A DNA stretch of 64,000 nucleotides from Gemmatimonadota bacterium (GTDB lineage Bacteria > Gemmatimonadota > Gemmatimonadetes > Gemmatimonadales > GWC2-71-9), in NCBI GenBank assembly GCA_036679605.1, contig JAZDCZ010000291.1, positions 1 through 64,000 on the forward strand, read 5' to 3'. The notes under the pieces were generated by a model, which saw nothing but the letters and a program-made list of their open reading frames with translations, was not told the DNA's origin and made no database searches. Below, piece after piece: positions 40,946 through 49,262 of the stretch (position 1 is the stretch's first letter; each line of letters opens with the position of its first letter). The position numbers and the translations under genes were made by a program.

Positions 40946-41788
40946 ATGCCCGAGATCACCTCCCGGCTCTCGACCCCGTGGAGATACGCGATGAGATTTC
41001 ACACAAAGACCTTACCCTACCCGGCTTGCTTCTGCGTCCTACTCGCGGCCTGCGCTCCCAAGAGTGTCACGCAGGAGCCCAAAGAGGTGGTCGATCTTGG
41101 GGCTCTTGTAACCGAGGATCTAGCCGAGCGCGTGTGGGGCAAGGCGTTTCTAGCCGCAAACAACTTTGAGCGCCCCAATTCGTTTGAGGTGATCAATTTT
41201 GAGTTCCAGATGGAAGGCGGGAGCGTGTCAGTGTCGAATGCCTATTACACCCTTTTCAACCACGGCGGCCCCCACGTTGATGCGCCCAACCACGTTGGCG
41301 TTGGAAGCGGTCTAGATAGCTACCAGGTTGAGTCGTTTGCCGGACCAGTCAAGGTCTTCGATGTGCGTCAATTTCCCAAGGGCCGTACCATTCCCGCAGA
41401 GGCGTTCAATGAATCAGTGCAGCCAGGTGACGTCGTCCTCATCTTCACGGGCTATACACCGCCTAAGACTGACGACGCCTTTCCTGAGACGATCACGTTG
41501 ACCCGCGTAGCGGCGGAACATCTCGCAAGCATCCCGGTTCGCGCATTCGGCACGGATGCCTTTAGTGTGGCAAACTTGCAGGATACAAGCGCCGTCGACG
41601 CCGAAAGTGCAACGGCAAGAGCGGTCCCCATTCACCACTCATTCCTGTCGCGTGGGATCCCTGTGTATGAACAGCTCTTCAACGTGGACCAACTCCTGGG
41701 CAAGGAGAACATGTACTTTGTCGGCGTGCCGTTGAATATCCGAGGCGGCGATGGGATGATCGTGCGACCCGTCGTGTTCGTGTATTAG
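40946..41788 (+). CDS. Cyclase/kynurenine formamidase-family lipoprotein, fused in frame to a kinase 5' stub (native ATG 40991)
   Basis: MPEITSRLST stub; LAAC lipobox; HGGPHVDAPNH motif. Confidence 0.85.
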   Translation: MPEITSRLSTPWRYAMRFHTKTLPYPACFCVLLAACAPKSVTQEPKEVVDLGALVTEDLAERVWGKAFLAANNFERPNSFEVINFEFQMEGGSVSVSNAYYTLFNHGGPHVDAPNHVGVGSGLDSYQVESFAGPVKVFDVRQFPKGRTIPAEAFNESVQPGDVVLIFTGYTPPKTDDAFPETITLTRVAAEHLASIPVRAFGTDAFSVANLQDTSAVDAESATARAVPIHHSFLSRGIPVYEQLFNVDQLLGKENMYFVGVPLNIRGGDGMIVRPVVFVY

Positions 41789-41804
41789 GCGACTTAGACT
41801 ATTC

Positions 41805-44399
41805 ATGACCGAAATCACGTCCAAGCTCTCGACGGCCCTCGCCGGCCGTTACAAGATAGAACGCCACCTGGGCGAAGGTGGCATGGCCACCGTCTACCTA
41901 GCCGAGGACTTGAAGCACGAGCGTAAGGTTGCGCTCAAGGTGTTGAAGCCCGAACTGGCTGCCGTTCTAGGTGCCGACCGTTTCGTGCAGGAGATCAAGA
42001 CCACCGCGAATCTTCAACATCCGCACATTTTGCCCTTGTTCGATTCAGGCGAGGCTGAGTCTTTCCTTTATTATGTCATGCCGTTCATCGACGGTGAGAC
42101 GCTGCGTGACAAGCTGAACCGCGAAACGCAGCTTGGCATCGAGGAAGCGGTCAGCATCACGGCCGCTATCGCGGACGCGCTGGACTACGCGCATCGCCAG
42201 AACGTCATCCATCGGGACATAAAACCCGAGAACATCCTGCTCCACGAGGGCCGTCCGATGGTGGCGGACTTTGGAATTGCATTGGCGGTGAGCGCGGCAG
42301 CCGGCGGGCGCATGACTGAAACGGGTCTCTCGCTCGGCACGCCGCACTACATGAGTCCGGAGCAGGCGACCGCCGAGAAAGACCTCACTGCGCGGTCGGA
42401 CATTTACTCACTCGGAAGTGTGCTGTATGAGATGTTGACGGGGGATCCACCTCACACGGGATCCTCGGCGCAAAAGATCATCATGAAGATCGTGGCGGAA
42501 GATGTGCAACCGGTGACTGAGCTGCGGAAGTCGGTGCCGCCGAACGTGGCTGCCGCGACGGCCAAGTCCTTGGAAAAACTAGCGGCGGATCGGTTCGAGA
42601 GCGCGGCGAAATTCGCGGAGGCGTTGACGGACACGCGCGTGATGTCCGCGGGGTCGTTCACTGCACAGGCGGAGAGACCGACAGAGGCATCGTTGTCGCA
42701 AATTTTTCGCTCAGGTTGGAAGCAGATCGTTGCGTTGATGGTTCTAGGCGGGGCACTTGGTTGGCTTATGCGGCCCTCGCTCAGAGCTGAAGCACATTTG
42801 GTGACGCGCTTCACGATCCCCGTACCGCAGGGACACGTCCTGCTCGACTTTGCGCCCAACCTCGCGATCTCGCCCGACGGGCGCACGTTAGCCTATTTCG
42901 TTGACGGTGTACTCCACAAGCGAGAACTGGACCGTGACGATCCCGTGCGATTCGACGACGCGGGGGGATGGTGCTGTCCATCCTTCTCTAGCGACGGGAA
43001 CTGGATAATGTTTTTGGATGTGCGGACGGACGTACACCGGATAGCGGTCGATGGAGGACCGGTCGTCGACGCGCCGATGCGTTTCCTGAGCGCTGAGAGC
43101 TTCATTAGGGGGCGCTATAGAGGGGGTCTCGAGCGCGCTACCGATGACGGGTGGGTGCCGATAACGATCCCCGACAGTGTGGGTGGCGAGAGCGCCCATA
43201 TGTGGCCGCAGTTGTTGCCCGGCGGCGACCTCCTACTGTTCACCGTACTCGGGCCCAGCATGATGTGGCACAACGCCCAAGTGGTCGTCGAGGAACTCGC
43301 GAGCGGAAGCCGTACCACGATCGCTGACGGCGCGACGTTCGGGCGCTATGTACCGACTGGGCACATCGTCTATACTGACGCAAATGGAACGTTAGAGGCG
43401 GTGCCGTTCGATTTGAAAGCACGGCGCGTCACCGGCGACCCCGTGGTGGTGGAGTCGGGTGTGCGCACGGCGTATTGGGGTGGGGCGGCCTCATTTGCAA
43501 TCGCCGAGAGAGGGACCTTTGCATTCGTGCGCGGCTCTAGCTGGGAGGATCACCTCCTAACGTGGGTTGATCGAAGGGGTGAACTGATCGAGCAGATCGG
43601 TAAGCCGGTGACCGTTGAGGTCCTGGACCTCTCCCCTGACGATCGGCAAGTTGTAACGTACGTGGCGTCGAGCAATGCAGACATTTCTCGATTTGATGCG
43701 ATAACCGGGGATGCGGTTCGCCTGACCTTCGATCCAACCACCGAAGACAACCCCATCTGGTCTCCAGATGGTCGGCGTATTGCCTACCGCAAGATTTACT
43801 CTGGAAATGAACATCGGATCGATATCTTGAACGTGGCTGGTCAGACGGATCCGGAGTCCGTGTTTTCCGACAGGGAAGTCTTCGTTCCCAGATCGTGGTC
43901 GCCTAATGGAGACTGGCTGTTGTTAGAGGACGGGGAGAATGATTCGATGGTCGTTGTCGACCTCGACAACAAAGAAGTCGTAACAATCCCCCATGGCCAG
44001 CAGGGGCAGTTCTCCCCGGACGGCAGGTGGCTCGCGTATACGTCTTCCGAGACGGGGAACACGGAGGTGTACGTCATGTCCTTCCCCAGCCTTCAAGGGC
44101 GCCAACAAGTGTCGGTCAATGGTGGACGATGGCCGCGGTGGTCAGTGCAGAGTGCTGAACTGTTCTTCCGGCGAGGGGACACGATCATGGTGTCAAAGGT
44201 GTCGACGGGGGACGCGTTCGTACGGGAAGATCTACCGCGACCACTGTTGGCTGCCTCGGGGTCCCCAGAAGGAGGGTATGACGTGAGTGCCGACGGGCAG
44301 CGGTTTCTCGTGGCTGCGCGGAATCCCGACGCGCCGGCGCGGGAAATTCATGTCGTATTGAATTGGTTCGAGGAAGTGAAGGCGAAGGTGGGGAATTGA
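41805..44399 (+). CDS. Ser/Thr protein kinase - TM - PD40 propeller
   Basis: Intact Hanks motifs, one TM, SPDG repeats; ends EEVKAKVGN. Confidence 0.93.
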   Translation: MTEITSKLSTALAGRYKIERHLGEGGMATVYLAEDLKHERKVALKVLKPELAAVLGADRFVQEIKTTANLQHPHILPLFDSGEAESFLYYVMPFIDGETLRDKLNRETQLGIEEAVSITAAIADALDYAHRQNVIHRDIKPENILLHEGRPMVADFGIALAVSAAAGGRMTETGLSLGTPHYMSPEQATAEKDLTARSDIYSLGSVLYEMLTGDPPHTGSSAQKIIMKIVAEDVQPVTELRKSVPPNVAAATAKSLEKLAADRFESAAKFAEALTDTRVMSAGSFTAQAERPTEASLSQIFRSGWKQIVALMVLGGALGWLMRPSLRAEAHLVTRFTIPVPQGHVLLDFAPNLAISPDGRTLAYFVDGVLHKRELDRDDPVRFDDAGGWCCPSFSSDGNWIMFLDVRTDVHRIAVDGGPVVDAPMRFLSAESFIRGRYRGGLERATDDGWVPITIPDSVGGESAHMWPQLLPGGDLLLFTVLGPSMMWHNAQVVVEELASGSRTTIADGATFGRYVPTGHIVYTDANGTLEAVPFDLKARRVTGDPVVVESGVRTAYWGGAASFAIAERGTFAFVRGSSWEDHLLTWVDRRGELIEQIGKPVTVEVLDLSPDDRQVVTYVASSNADISRFDAITGDAVRLTFDPTTEDNPIWSPDGRRIAYRKIYSGNEHRIDILNVAGQTDPESVFSDREVFVPRSWSPNGDWLLLEDGENDSMVVVDLDNKEVVTIPHGQQGQFSPDGRWLAYTSSETGNTEVYVMSFPSLQGRQQVSVNGGRWPRWSVQSAELFFRRGDTIMVSKVSTGDAFVREDLPRPLLAASGSPEGGYDVSADGQRFLVAARNPDAPAREIHVVLNWFEEVKAKVGN

Positions 44400-44416
44400 C
44401 TGAAATCACCTCCAAG
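44396..44416 (+). pseudogene. Seven-codon kinase 5' stub overlapping the upstream stop
   Basis: TTG ACT GAA ATC ACC TCC AAG, the same TTGA junction as at 30673. Confidence 0.75.
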
Positions 44417-44550
44417 GAGTCCCCTTCCCGCAGGCAGGGGTTATCGCTATTCGACTTTGCGCGACGCCACGAGCTGTGTGAGTAGACCCGCGAGCGCAGC
44501 GAACGTGATGCGGCTTGCCGAGTTGTTGACCAGTGTCAACTCACCTTCCG

Positions 44551-46257
44551 TTACTGCCTACACGGCGCATTGATATCCGGGACCGGCTTGTCAACCACTA
44601 CACGATGGTCCAGGTTGGCAACTCGCACCACGAGAGCCTGCATAAACCCGGCGACGCGGGCCAGCTTATCATAGTCGATGTATTGCGGCTCATCTGTTAG
44701 CTGATGGTAATCGCGGTGACCACCAGTGCTCATGAAGACGATGGGAATGCCGTAACGGGCATACATGTAGTGGTCGCTGCGGCAGTAATAGTTCTGGGGA
44801 TGCCCATCCGCATCAAAGGTGTAGTCGAATGTGAGTCCGTGGTTTTCATCGGTGTTCACCGCCTCGACGATATCTCCCAGTTCCGTTGACAGGCGACGCG
44901 TTCCGATCAGTTGCACGTAGCCGGGGCCTCCGGCTTCAACGTCGTCCGGCCTCCCACGGCCGATCATGTCCGCGTTGATATCGGCTACCATGGCTTCACG
45001 CGGTACGGTGGGATGATCCGTGAAGTACCGGGCGCCAAACAGCCCCAACTCTTCGCCGGTGTGCCACACGAACAGAATCGAGCGACCTGGTTTCTCGGGT
45101 GCGGCGGCCATGGCTCTCGCCACCTCCAAGACAGCCATGCTTCCACTCCCGTCGTCGTCGGCTCCGTTCTGGATCGAGTCCATTCGCGCACCATGCTGCA
45201 GCCGCAGGGCGCTCAGTATCTCTTGGATGTGTTGCTGTTCCTCGACGGTCGCTTCGCGCCGCGGGTCGTCGGCACCGCCCGGTCGCACCACCTCGAGATA
45301 TGCTCTGAGCGAATCGTGGTCGACAGCGGAGGATGTCGTACCGACGTGGTCGTTGTGTGCGGAAACCACGACATACTCCGACGAGAGGGCGGGGTCGCTC
45401 CCGCGGAGAACTGCGACGACGTTCCGCGCTGGTGCATTGGGCTTCTCCTCGGTGAATCCGAAGCTGCCGTGCAGCGGCCGGCCTTCGGCTCCGGGCTGGA
45501 TGCTGTCCAACGACCCGCCCATCAATAGCTCACCGACCCGACCCGTAGCCGTCATCAAGAGTGGGCGGGTACCAGCGTCACTCTCGTCATCAGCGAGATA
45601 CGGCCTCGACGAGGTCAGAAAGCCCACCACTCCCGCTGGTGCGTAATCCAGATTGACGATTACTACGGCCGCTGCCTTAGCAAACTTTTGCAGGCTCGGC
45701 CGTGCCACTGAAAACGTCGGACCGTTTGGCCCAGCAGTGGCGGCAAGCACAACGACCTTCCCCGCTCCTTGGTCGCCCGCAATCTCATCAACACCGCCCG
45801 CTTGGCCACCATAGACGACGGGGATCCCATCGACCTCGCCGGCAATACCAACCGGAATGCCTTGGATCGGCGGGATGAGAAGGATATCCGTTCCGAGCTG
45901 CAGATCTTCCCCATCCAGAGAGACATTCGCGAATACCTTCCGTACCCTAAGCGGGATGGTTTGGAAGTATGTCCCGTTCTCTCCTGCCGGTTCCAGTCCG
46001 TAGAGCCGAGCCTGCGAGGCCAAGAAGGTCGTGCCCATGTAGTTGCCCTGTTCGCCTGCCTCCCGTCCCTGCATCGAGTCATCGGCAAAGGCGAACAAGA
46101 GTTGTCGGAGATGATCGGCGTTGACGACTACCGGCTTCTCCGGAGCAGGCGCGGGCGCCGGTGCCGGACTGGAAGTGCCACACCCGACGGCGACGAACGA
46201 GAAGAGGAGCAAGGAGCGGACGGACCACTCCGACCTGACTGGAAGGTTGATACTCAC
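44551..46257 (-). CDS. M28-family metallopeptidase (lipoprotein, PA-like domain)
   Basis: SAHNDHVG, NGADDDGSG, HTGEELGLFG and RSDH; AVGC lipobox; GTG 46257 with AGGAG upstream. Confidence 0.9.
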   Translation of the reverse strand: MSINLPVRSEWSVRSLLLFSFVAVGCGTSSPAPAPAPAPEKPVVVNADHLRQLLFAFADDSMQGREAGEQGNYMGTTFLASQARLYGLEPAGENGTYFQTIPLRVRKVFANVSLDGEDLQLGTDILLIPPIQGIPVGIAGEVDGIPVVYGGQAGGVDEIAGDQGAGKVVVLAATAGPNGPTFSVARPSLQKFAKAAAVVIVNLDYAPAGVVGFLTSSRPYLADDESDAGTRPLLMTATGRVGELLMGGSLDSIQPGAEGRPLHGSFGFTEEKPNAPARNVVAVLRGSDPALSSEYVVVSAHNDHVGTTSSAVDHDSLRAYLEVVRPGGADDPRREATVEEQQHIQEILSALRLQHGARMDSIQNGADDDGSGSMAVLEVARAMAAAPEKPGRSILFVWHTGEELGLFGARYFTDHPTVPREAMVADINADMIGRGRPDDVEAGGPGYVQLIGTRRLSTELGDIVEAVNTDENHGLTFDYTFDADGHPQNYYCRSDHYMYARYGIPIVFMSTGGHRDYHQLTDEPQYIDYDKLARVAGFMQALVVRVANLDHRVVVDKPVPDINAPCRQ

Positions 46258-46404
46258 TTGATATGCTCCTGGAATATTGAGAGTGATATGATAAATGACT
46301 GTGCTACCCATGGAAGGACCAAATGTAACATGGGGTGCGGATCGAATGTCCACGCGTCCTTGATGACGCAGTGTTAGGCCGAGCGCGCCCTCTCAGTGCG
46401 GGAC

Positions 46405-46433
46405 TCGCCAAAACCGCCGTTTTGTTGCATCTT
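46405..46433 (+). promoter_or_regulatory. Putative leaderless promoter, copy 6
   Basis: TCGCCA-N17-CATCTT, with ATG 8 nt downstream. The region 46388-46483 resembles 61618-61710. Confidence 0.6.
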
Positions 46434-46441
46434 AGTCCGCC

Positions 46442-46522
46442 ATGATCGACAACACCGTCCGGTTGTCGTCCGCCGTCGCCGATAGTTGGCGAAGACCCTC
46501 CGTCCCTCACGAGGCATATTAA
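46442..46522 (+). other. Kinase-stub-derived 26-aa leader ORF
   Basis: MIDNTVRLSSAVAD compares with MTNTVRLSTALAD of the 61672 kinase; its TAA overlaps the next ATG (TAATG). Confidence 0.7.
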
Positions 46523-48426
46523 TGAATAGCGTCAATGCACCGCTTGGCTTGTTGCTGGCTGCCGGAACCGTTCTTGTAGTTGCGCCCCAATGGTCACGGC
46601 CGGCTCCGCTCCCGCACATCACCCTCAACGACAACCGCGAGCCTGCGGGAACGATGCACGACGGGGTGCTGACCCTGAACATGGGAATCGTCGAAGGTGA
46701 TTGGCATCTCATAGGTGACGATCAGACCCCCGGTCAGGTTCTTGCCTTCGCCGAGCGCGGTAAGCCGCCGTCCATTCCCAGTCCTTTGCTGCGTGTGCCT
46801 GTGGGCACGCCGGTGCACGTGACGATTACCAATCCGCTCGATACTGCGATAGTGGTCCACGGCCTGGACGATCGCCTCGACGGAACGGTGGAGTCTTGGA
46901 AGGTACCTGCGGGCGAAACCCGTGATGTGGAGTTCACCGCGGATGTTGTCGGGACGTACTTCTATTGGGCGGCTCCCAAGGGTGTGTCGCTAGACGAGCG
47001 CTCGTTCGAATACAGCCAGTTGAGCGGTGCGTTCGTTATAGACGATCCCAACGAGCCCATCGACGATCGCATCATGATGATCGGGATTTGGATCGATGGT
47101 CGCTTGCCCGACGGTTCGGAGGACTTCGGGCGAGAGTTTCTCGTCATCAACGGTCGCCCGTGGCCGCACACTGAACGACTCAAGTACGATATGGCTGACT
47201 CGGTGCGCTGGCGCCTGATCAATACCTCGAGTTCCATACACGCGATGCACCTGCACGGCTTCTACTTCCGTGTCGATGCGCGCGGTGACGTCACGCGCGA
47301 TACCGTCTACTGGTCGGACGAGCGACGGATGGCGGTGACAGAGCGGATGGCGTCGGGCACTACGATGAACATGGTGTGGTCACCCGACAGGCCGGGAGGT
47401 TGGATCTTTCACTGTCACATGAGCGTGCACGTGGCCCCGAACCCCACGATGGATGAACGACTAACAGAGGATGAACGCTTTCTTCCATTGTTCGAGGAGA
47501 ACCACGCCGGACATAATGCGGATCATCATGTGGTGGAGGGTATGGGCGGTCTCTTGATGGCGATCTACATCCGGCCACCCGAAGGATGGGTGCCGAACGA
47601 GCCGAAGCGTCGAGAGATGCGGCTGTTCATTCAGACGGACACCGCGTCTGGTGGGTTGAGTGGCAGGAAGTTCGGTTACGTGTTGCAAGAGGGCGATCGG
47701 GAGCCGGCCCGCGATTCGGTTCTCATCCCAGGCTCGGCCCTTATTCTACGGAAGGGCGAACCCACCGCTATTCGCGTCTTCAACCGCACCGACGAACCGA
47801 GCCAGGTGCATTGGCACGGGCTCGAGATCGAGAGCTACTTCGATGGTGTGGCTGGTGTCGGGGGGTATCCCACGCGACTCACGCCGGCGATCTCTCCCGG
47901 TGATTCGTTCGAGATTCGGATCACGCCACCGCGCGCCGGCACGTTCATGTATCACACGCACGTCAACGATCTACGGCAACAGGGCTCAGGGCTGTACGGG
48001 GCGTTTATCGTGCTCGAGGAAAACGGGACGTGGGATCCAGAGACGGACCTGCAGTTCATCTTCGGCGAATCACCGTACCGCTCCGACGAAATTCCGCTCG
48101 TAAACGGCGCCAATCCACCGGAACCAATCAGCATGAAGGTGGGCACGACGTACCGTTTGCGGTTCATGGATATCGTGCTCAATCGACCCAACACCGTGTT
48201 GCGCTTGCTTCGCGATGGATTTCCGGTGCCGTGGACTCCGTTGGCCAAGGATGGCTTTGATCTCCCATCGAAACAGCGCCGTCGCCGATCGGCCGAGCAA
48301 CGGATCGCAGTGGGGGAGACCTACGACTTCGAGTTCACACCGAACCGCTCAGGCGAGATGCACCTGGAGCTGCGACAGGGAGACGGTCTGCTGTTAGTCG
48401 ACCAGATCATGAAGGTGGTTCAGTAG
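46522..48426 (+). CDS. Multicopper oxidase with permuted domain order
   Basis: HAMHLHG and WIFHCHMSVH precede HWHG and MYHTH; N-terminal signal. Confidence 0.88.
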   Translation: MNSVNAPLGLLLAAGTVLVVAPQWSRPAPLPHITLNDNREPAGTMHDGVLTLNMGIVEGDWHLIGDDQTPGQVLAFAERGKPPSIPSPLLRVPVGTPVHVTITNPLDTAIVVHGLDDRLDGTVESWKVPAGETRDVEFTADVVGTYFYWAAPKGVSLDERSFEYSQLSGAFVIDDPNEPIDDRIMMIGIWIDGRLPDGSEDFGREFLVINGRPWPHTERLKYDMADSVRWRLINTSSSIHAMHLHGFYFRVDARGDVTRDTVYWSDERRMAVTERMASGTTMNMVWSPDRPGGWIFHCHMSVHVAPNPTMDERLTEDERFLPLFEENHAGHNADHHVVEGMGGLLMAIYIRPPEGWVPNEPKRREMRLFIQTDTASGGLSGRKFGYVLQEGDREPARDSVLIPGSALILRKGEPTAIRVFNRTDEPSQVHWHGLEIESYFDGVAGVGGYPTRLTPAISPGDSFEIRITPPRAGTFMYHTHVNDLRQQGSGLYGAFIVLEENGTWDPETDLQFIFGESPYRSDEIPLVNGANPPEPISMKVGTTYRLRFMDIVLNRPNTVLRLLRDGFPVPWTPLAKDGFDLPSKQRRRRSAEQRIAVGETYDFEFTPNRSGEMHLELRQGDGLLLVDQIMKVVQ

Positions 48427-48599
48427 CTCTAGGCGGCTCGATCCACCCACACGCTCACGGTGTTGTACCGGTCGTGACCGTCGCTATCAGCGACATTAGC
48501 CGAGCCGCGGTTCTCAGACCGCGGCACAGACCTGGATTTCGACGGAGATGGGTCCGAGTTCATTGATTGGTTTAGGCGGACAGAAAAGAGGTGTAGCGC

Positions 48600-49007
48600 A
48601 TGTCTCTGGATGTAGGCGAGAAGGCGAGTCGATCACTCACGGTGACAGGCGAACACGTAGAGGCGTACGCTCAAATCACTGGAGATAGGAACCCGCTCCA
48701 TTTTGATGAGACATTTGCAGCGGGAACCAAGTTTGGGCGACTGGTTGTCCAAGGCGGGCTTACGACGGGACTGTTGCACGCCTTAGTTGCGATGGATCTC
48801 CCGGGCTCCGGGACAGTATTCCTCAGCCAGAGCTGGCGGTTCACGGCTCCGGTCTTCATCGGCGACACGATTACGGCGACTGCCGAAGTCGTGAGCGTTC
48901 ACGCTACGAAGCCTGTAACGCAGCTTGCGGTCACGGTCGTTCGTCAGGATGGTGGGACGGTCTTGGAGGGTGAAGCGTGGTGCTACACATTTTCTCCGGA
49001 GAGCTAG
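48600..49007 (+). CDS. MaoC/PhaJ-family (R)-enoyl-CoA hydratase
   Basis: TGDRNPLHFD and FTAPVFIGDT; SD GAGGTG. Confidence 0.9.
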   Translation: MSLDVGEKASRSLTVTGEHVEAYAQITGDRNPLHFDETFAAGTKFGRLVVQGGLTTGLLHALVAMDLPGSGTVFLSQSWRFTAPVFIGDTITATAEVVSVHATKPVTQLAVTVVRQDGGTVLEGEAWCYTFSPES

Positions 49008-49262
49008 GTCGGGAGGGAATGACCAATGTCCAATAATCAATGCACAATGAGCAAGGATCTGCGCTTGGCAGCGTTGGACATTCTTCATTGGACATTCTGC
49101 GATTGATATGACAGAAATAACTGAGCGCCTCTCCAGTGCCCTCGCCGATCGCTACCGTCTCGAGCGCGAGCTGGGTTCTGGCGGCATGGCTACCGTCTAC
49201 CTCGCCCACGATGTGAAGCACGACCGCAAGGTCGCGGTAAAGGTGCTCCGGCCTGAACTTGC
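49006..49262 (+). repeat. About 255-bp near-identical repeat (copy at 51821-52077): kinase 3' stub + heptamer palindrome + kinase 5' end
   Basis: Direct alignment at offset 2815 with few mismatches. Confidence 0.92.
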
